Of a stretch of 64,000 nt of DNA, positions 63,570-64,000 are shown piece after piece; the stretch's first letter is position 1; each line of letters opens with the position of its first letter. The notes under the pieces were generated by a model. It did not search any database. It was not told the origin of the DNA and was given only the letters and a program-made list of their open reading frames with translations. The translations under genes and the position numbers were made by a program. Source of the DNA: a virus (Duplodnaviria > Heunggongvirae > Uroviricota > Caudoviricetes); IMG/VR virus record IMGVR_UViG_3300042991_000725, positions 59,632 through 123,631 of that record; one strand, 5' to 3'.

Positions 63570-64000
63570 AAGAGACTGTTATAGTAACTGGTTCTAAGGG
63601 GTTGGTAGGGAGGGCCGTAACGAATAGGCTTAAGAATGTTGGGTGTCGTGTTATTGAGGCCGACATCGTTGACGGTGATGATTTTAATGACGAAGATTAT
63701 GTTAAGTCTTTTTTCAAGAAGAACATTGGCACAGCCCTTGTCAATCTCTTTGCTATGAATGACCATGTTGATGGTGGCGCAAGAGGAAATAGACTGATGG
63801 ATATTTCTCTTGATAGTTTTGACAACTATCTTAAGGTCAATGTAACTTCGCTTTTTTCTGTTTGTAGGGAGTTTGCACGCAATAGTATGAACGGCTCTAT
63901 TGTCAACTTTACATCAACGTATGGTGTTGTTTCTCCTGATCCTCTACTCTATGACAACGGAGAGAAGCATATAGCCTATGGAGTTTCTAAGGCCGCAGTA
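63566..64000 (+). CDS. short-chain dehydrogenase/reductase (partial, runs off window end)
   Basis: ATG overlaps the upstream stop; VIVTGSKGLVGRAV glycine motif and YGVSKAAV (YxxxK). Confidence 0.6.
   Translation, partial: MKETVIVTGSKGLVGRAVTNRLKNVGCRVIEADIVDGDDFNDEDYVKSFFKKNIGTALVNLFAMNDHVDGGARGNRLMDISLDSFDNYLKVNVTSLFSVCREFARNSMNGSIVNFTSTYGVVSPDPLLYDNGEKHIAYGVSKAAV

Overview
AT-rich (~35-38% GC) phage-like DNA, most consistent with a large (jumbo-type) phage or phage-plasmid. Genes are tightly packed, often with ATGA-type overlaps, and use Shine-Dalgarno sites.

Layout:
(1) 1-29.4 kb: a long minus-strand block of small hypothetical and zinc-ribbon genes. It includes an Rnl-type RNA ligase, a DUF932 protein, a GATase-II-like protein plus two amidoligase-like paralogs, a pentapeptide-repeat protein, a 7-copy tandem paralog family (20.05-23.01 kb), two stray tRNAs (Leu-UAA, Lys-UUU), and two GC-elevated islands.
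(2) 29.4-30.5 kb: a divergent non-coding hub with hairpin repeats, G-rich tracts and 15-bp iteron-like repeats.
(3) 30.5-41.4 kb, plus strand: pilin-like and small membrane proteins, an SPFH protein, RtcB, an amino-MTase, a QueE-like and an RlmN/Cfr-like radical SAM enzyme, a promoter/terminator-bounded ~200-nt candidate ncRNA, and a 32-gene tRNA array covering all 20 amino acids, interrupted by two nuclease (homing-endonuclease-like) genes.
(4) 41.5-50.8 kb, minus strand: a GC-rich amino-MTase next to a C5-MTase (with MTase remnants), a B12-binding-type radical SAM, a secreted thermonuclease, a T4-Pnk-like kinase and a metallophosphoesterase.
(5) 51.3-64 kb, plus strand: an HTH protein, SSB, a class I/II-type RNR, and a translationally coupled glycan/CMP-sugar biosynthesis operon.

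The themes most worth follow-up are the dispersed RNA end-healing/sealing toolkit next to the complete tRNA set, the GATase-II/amidoligase operon, the hypervariable tandem paralog family, and tRNA-modification enzymes placed directly upstream of the tRNA array.
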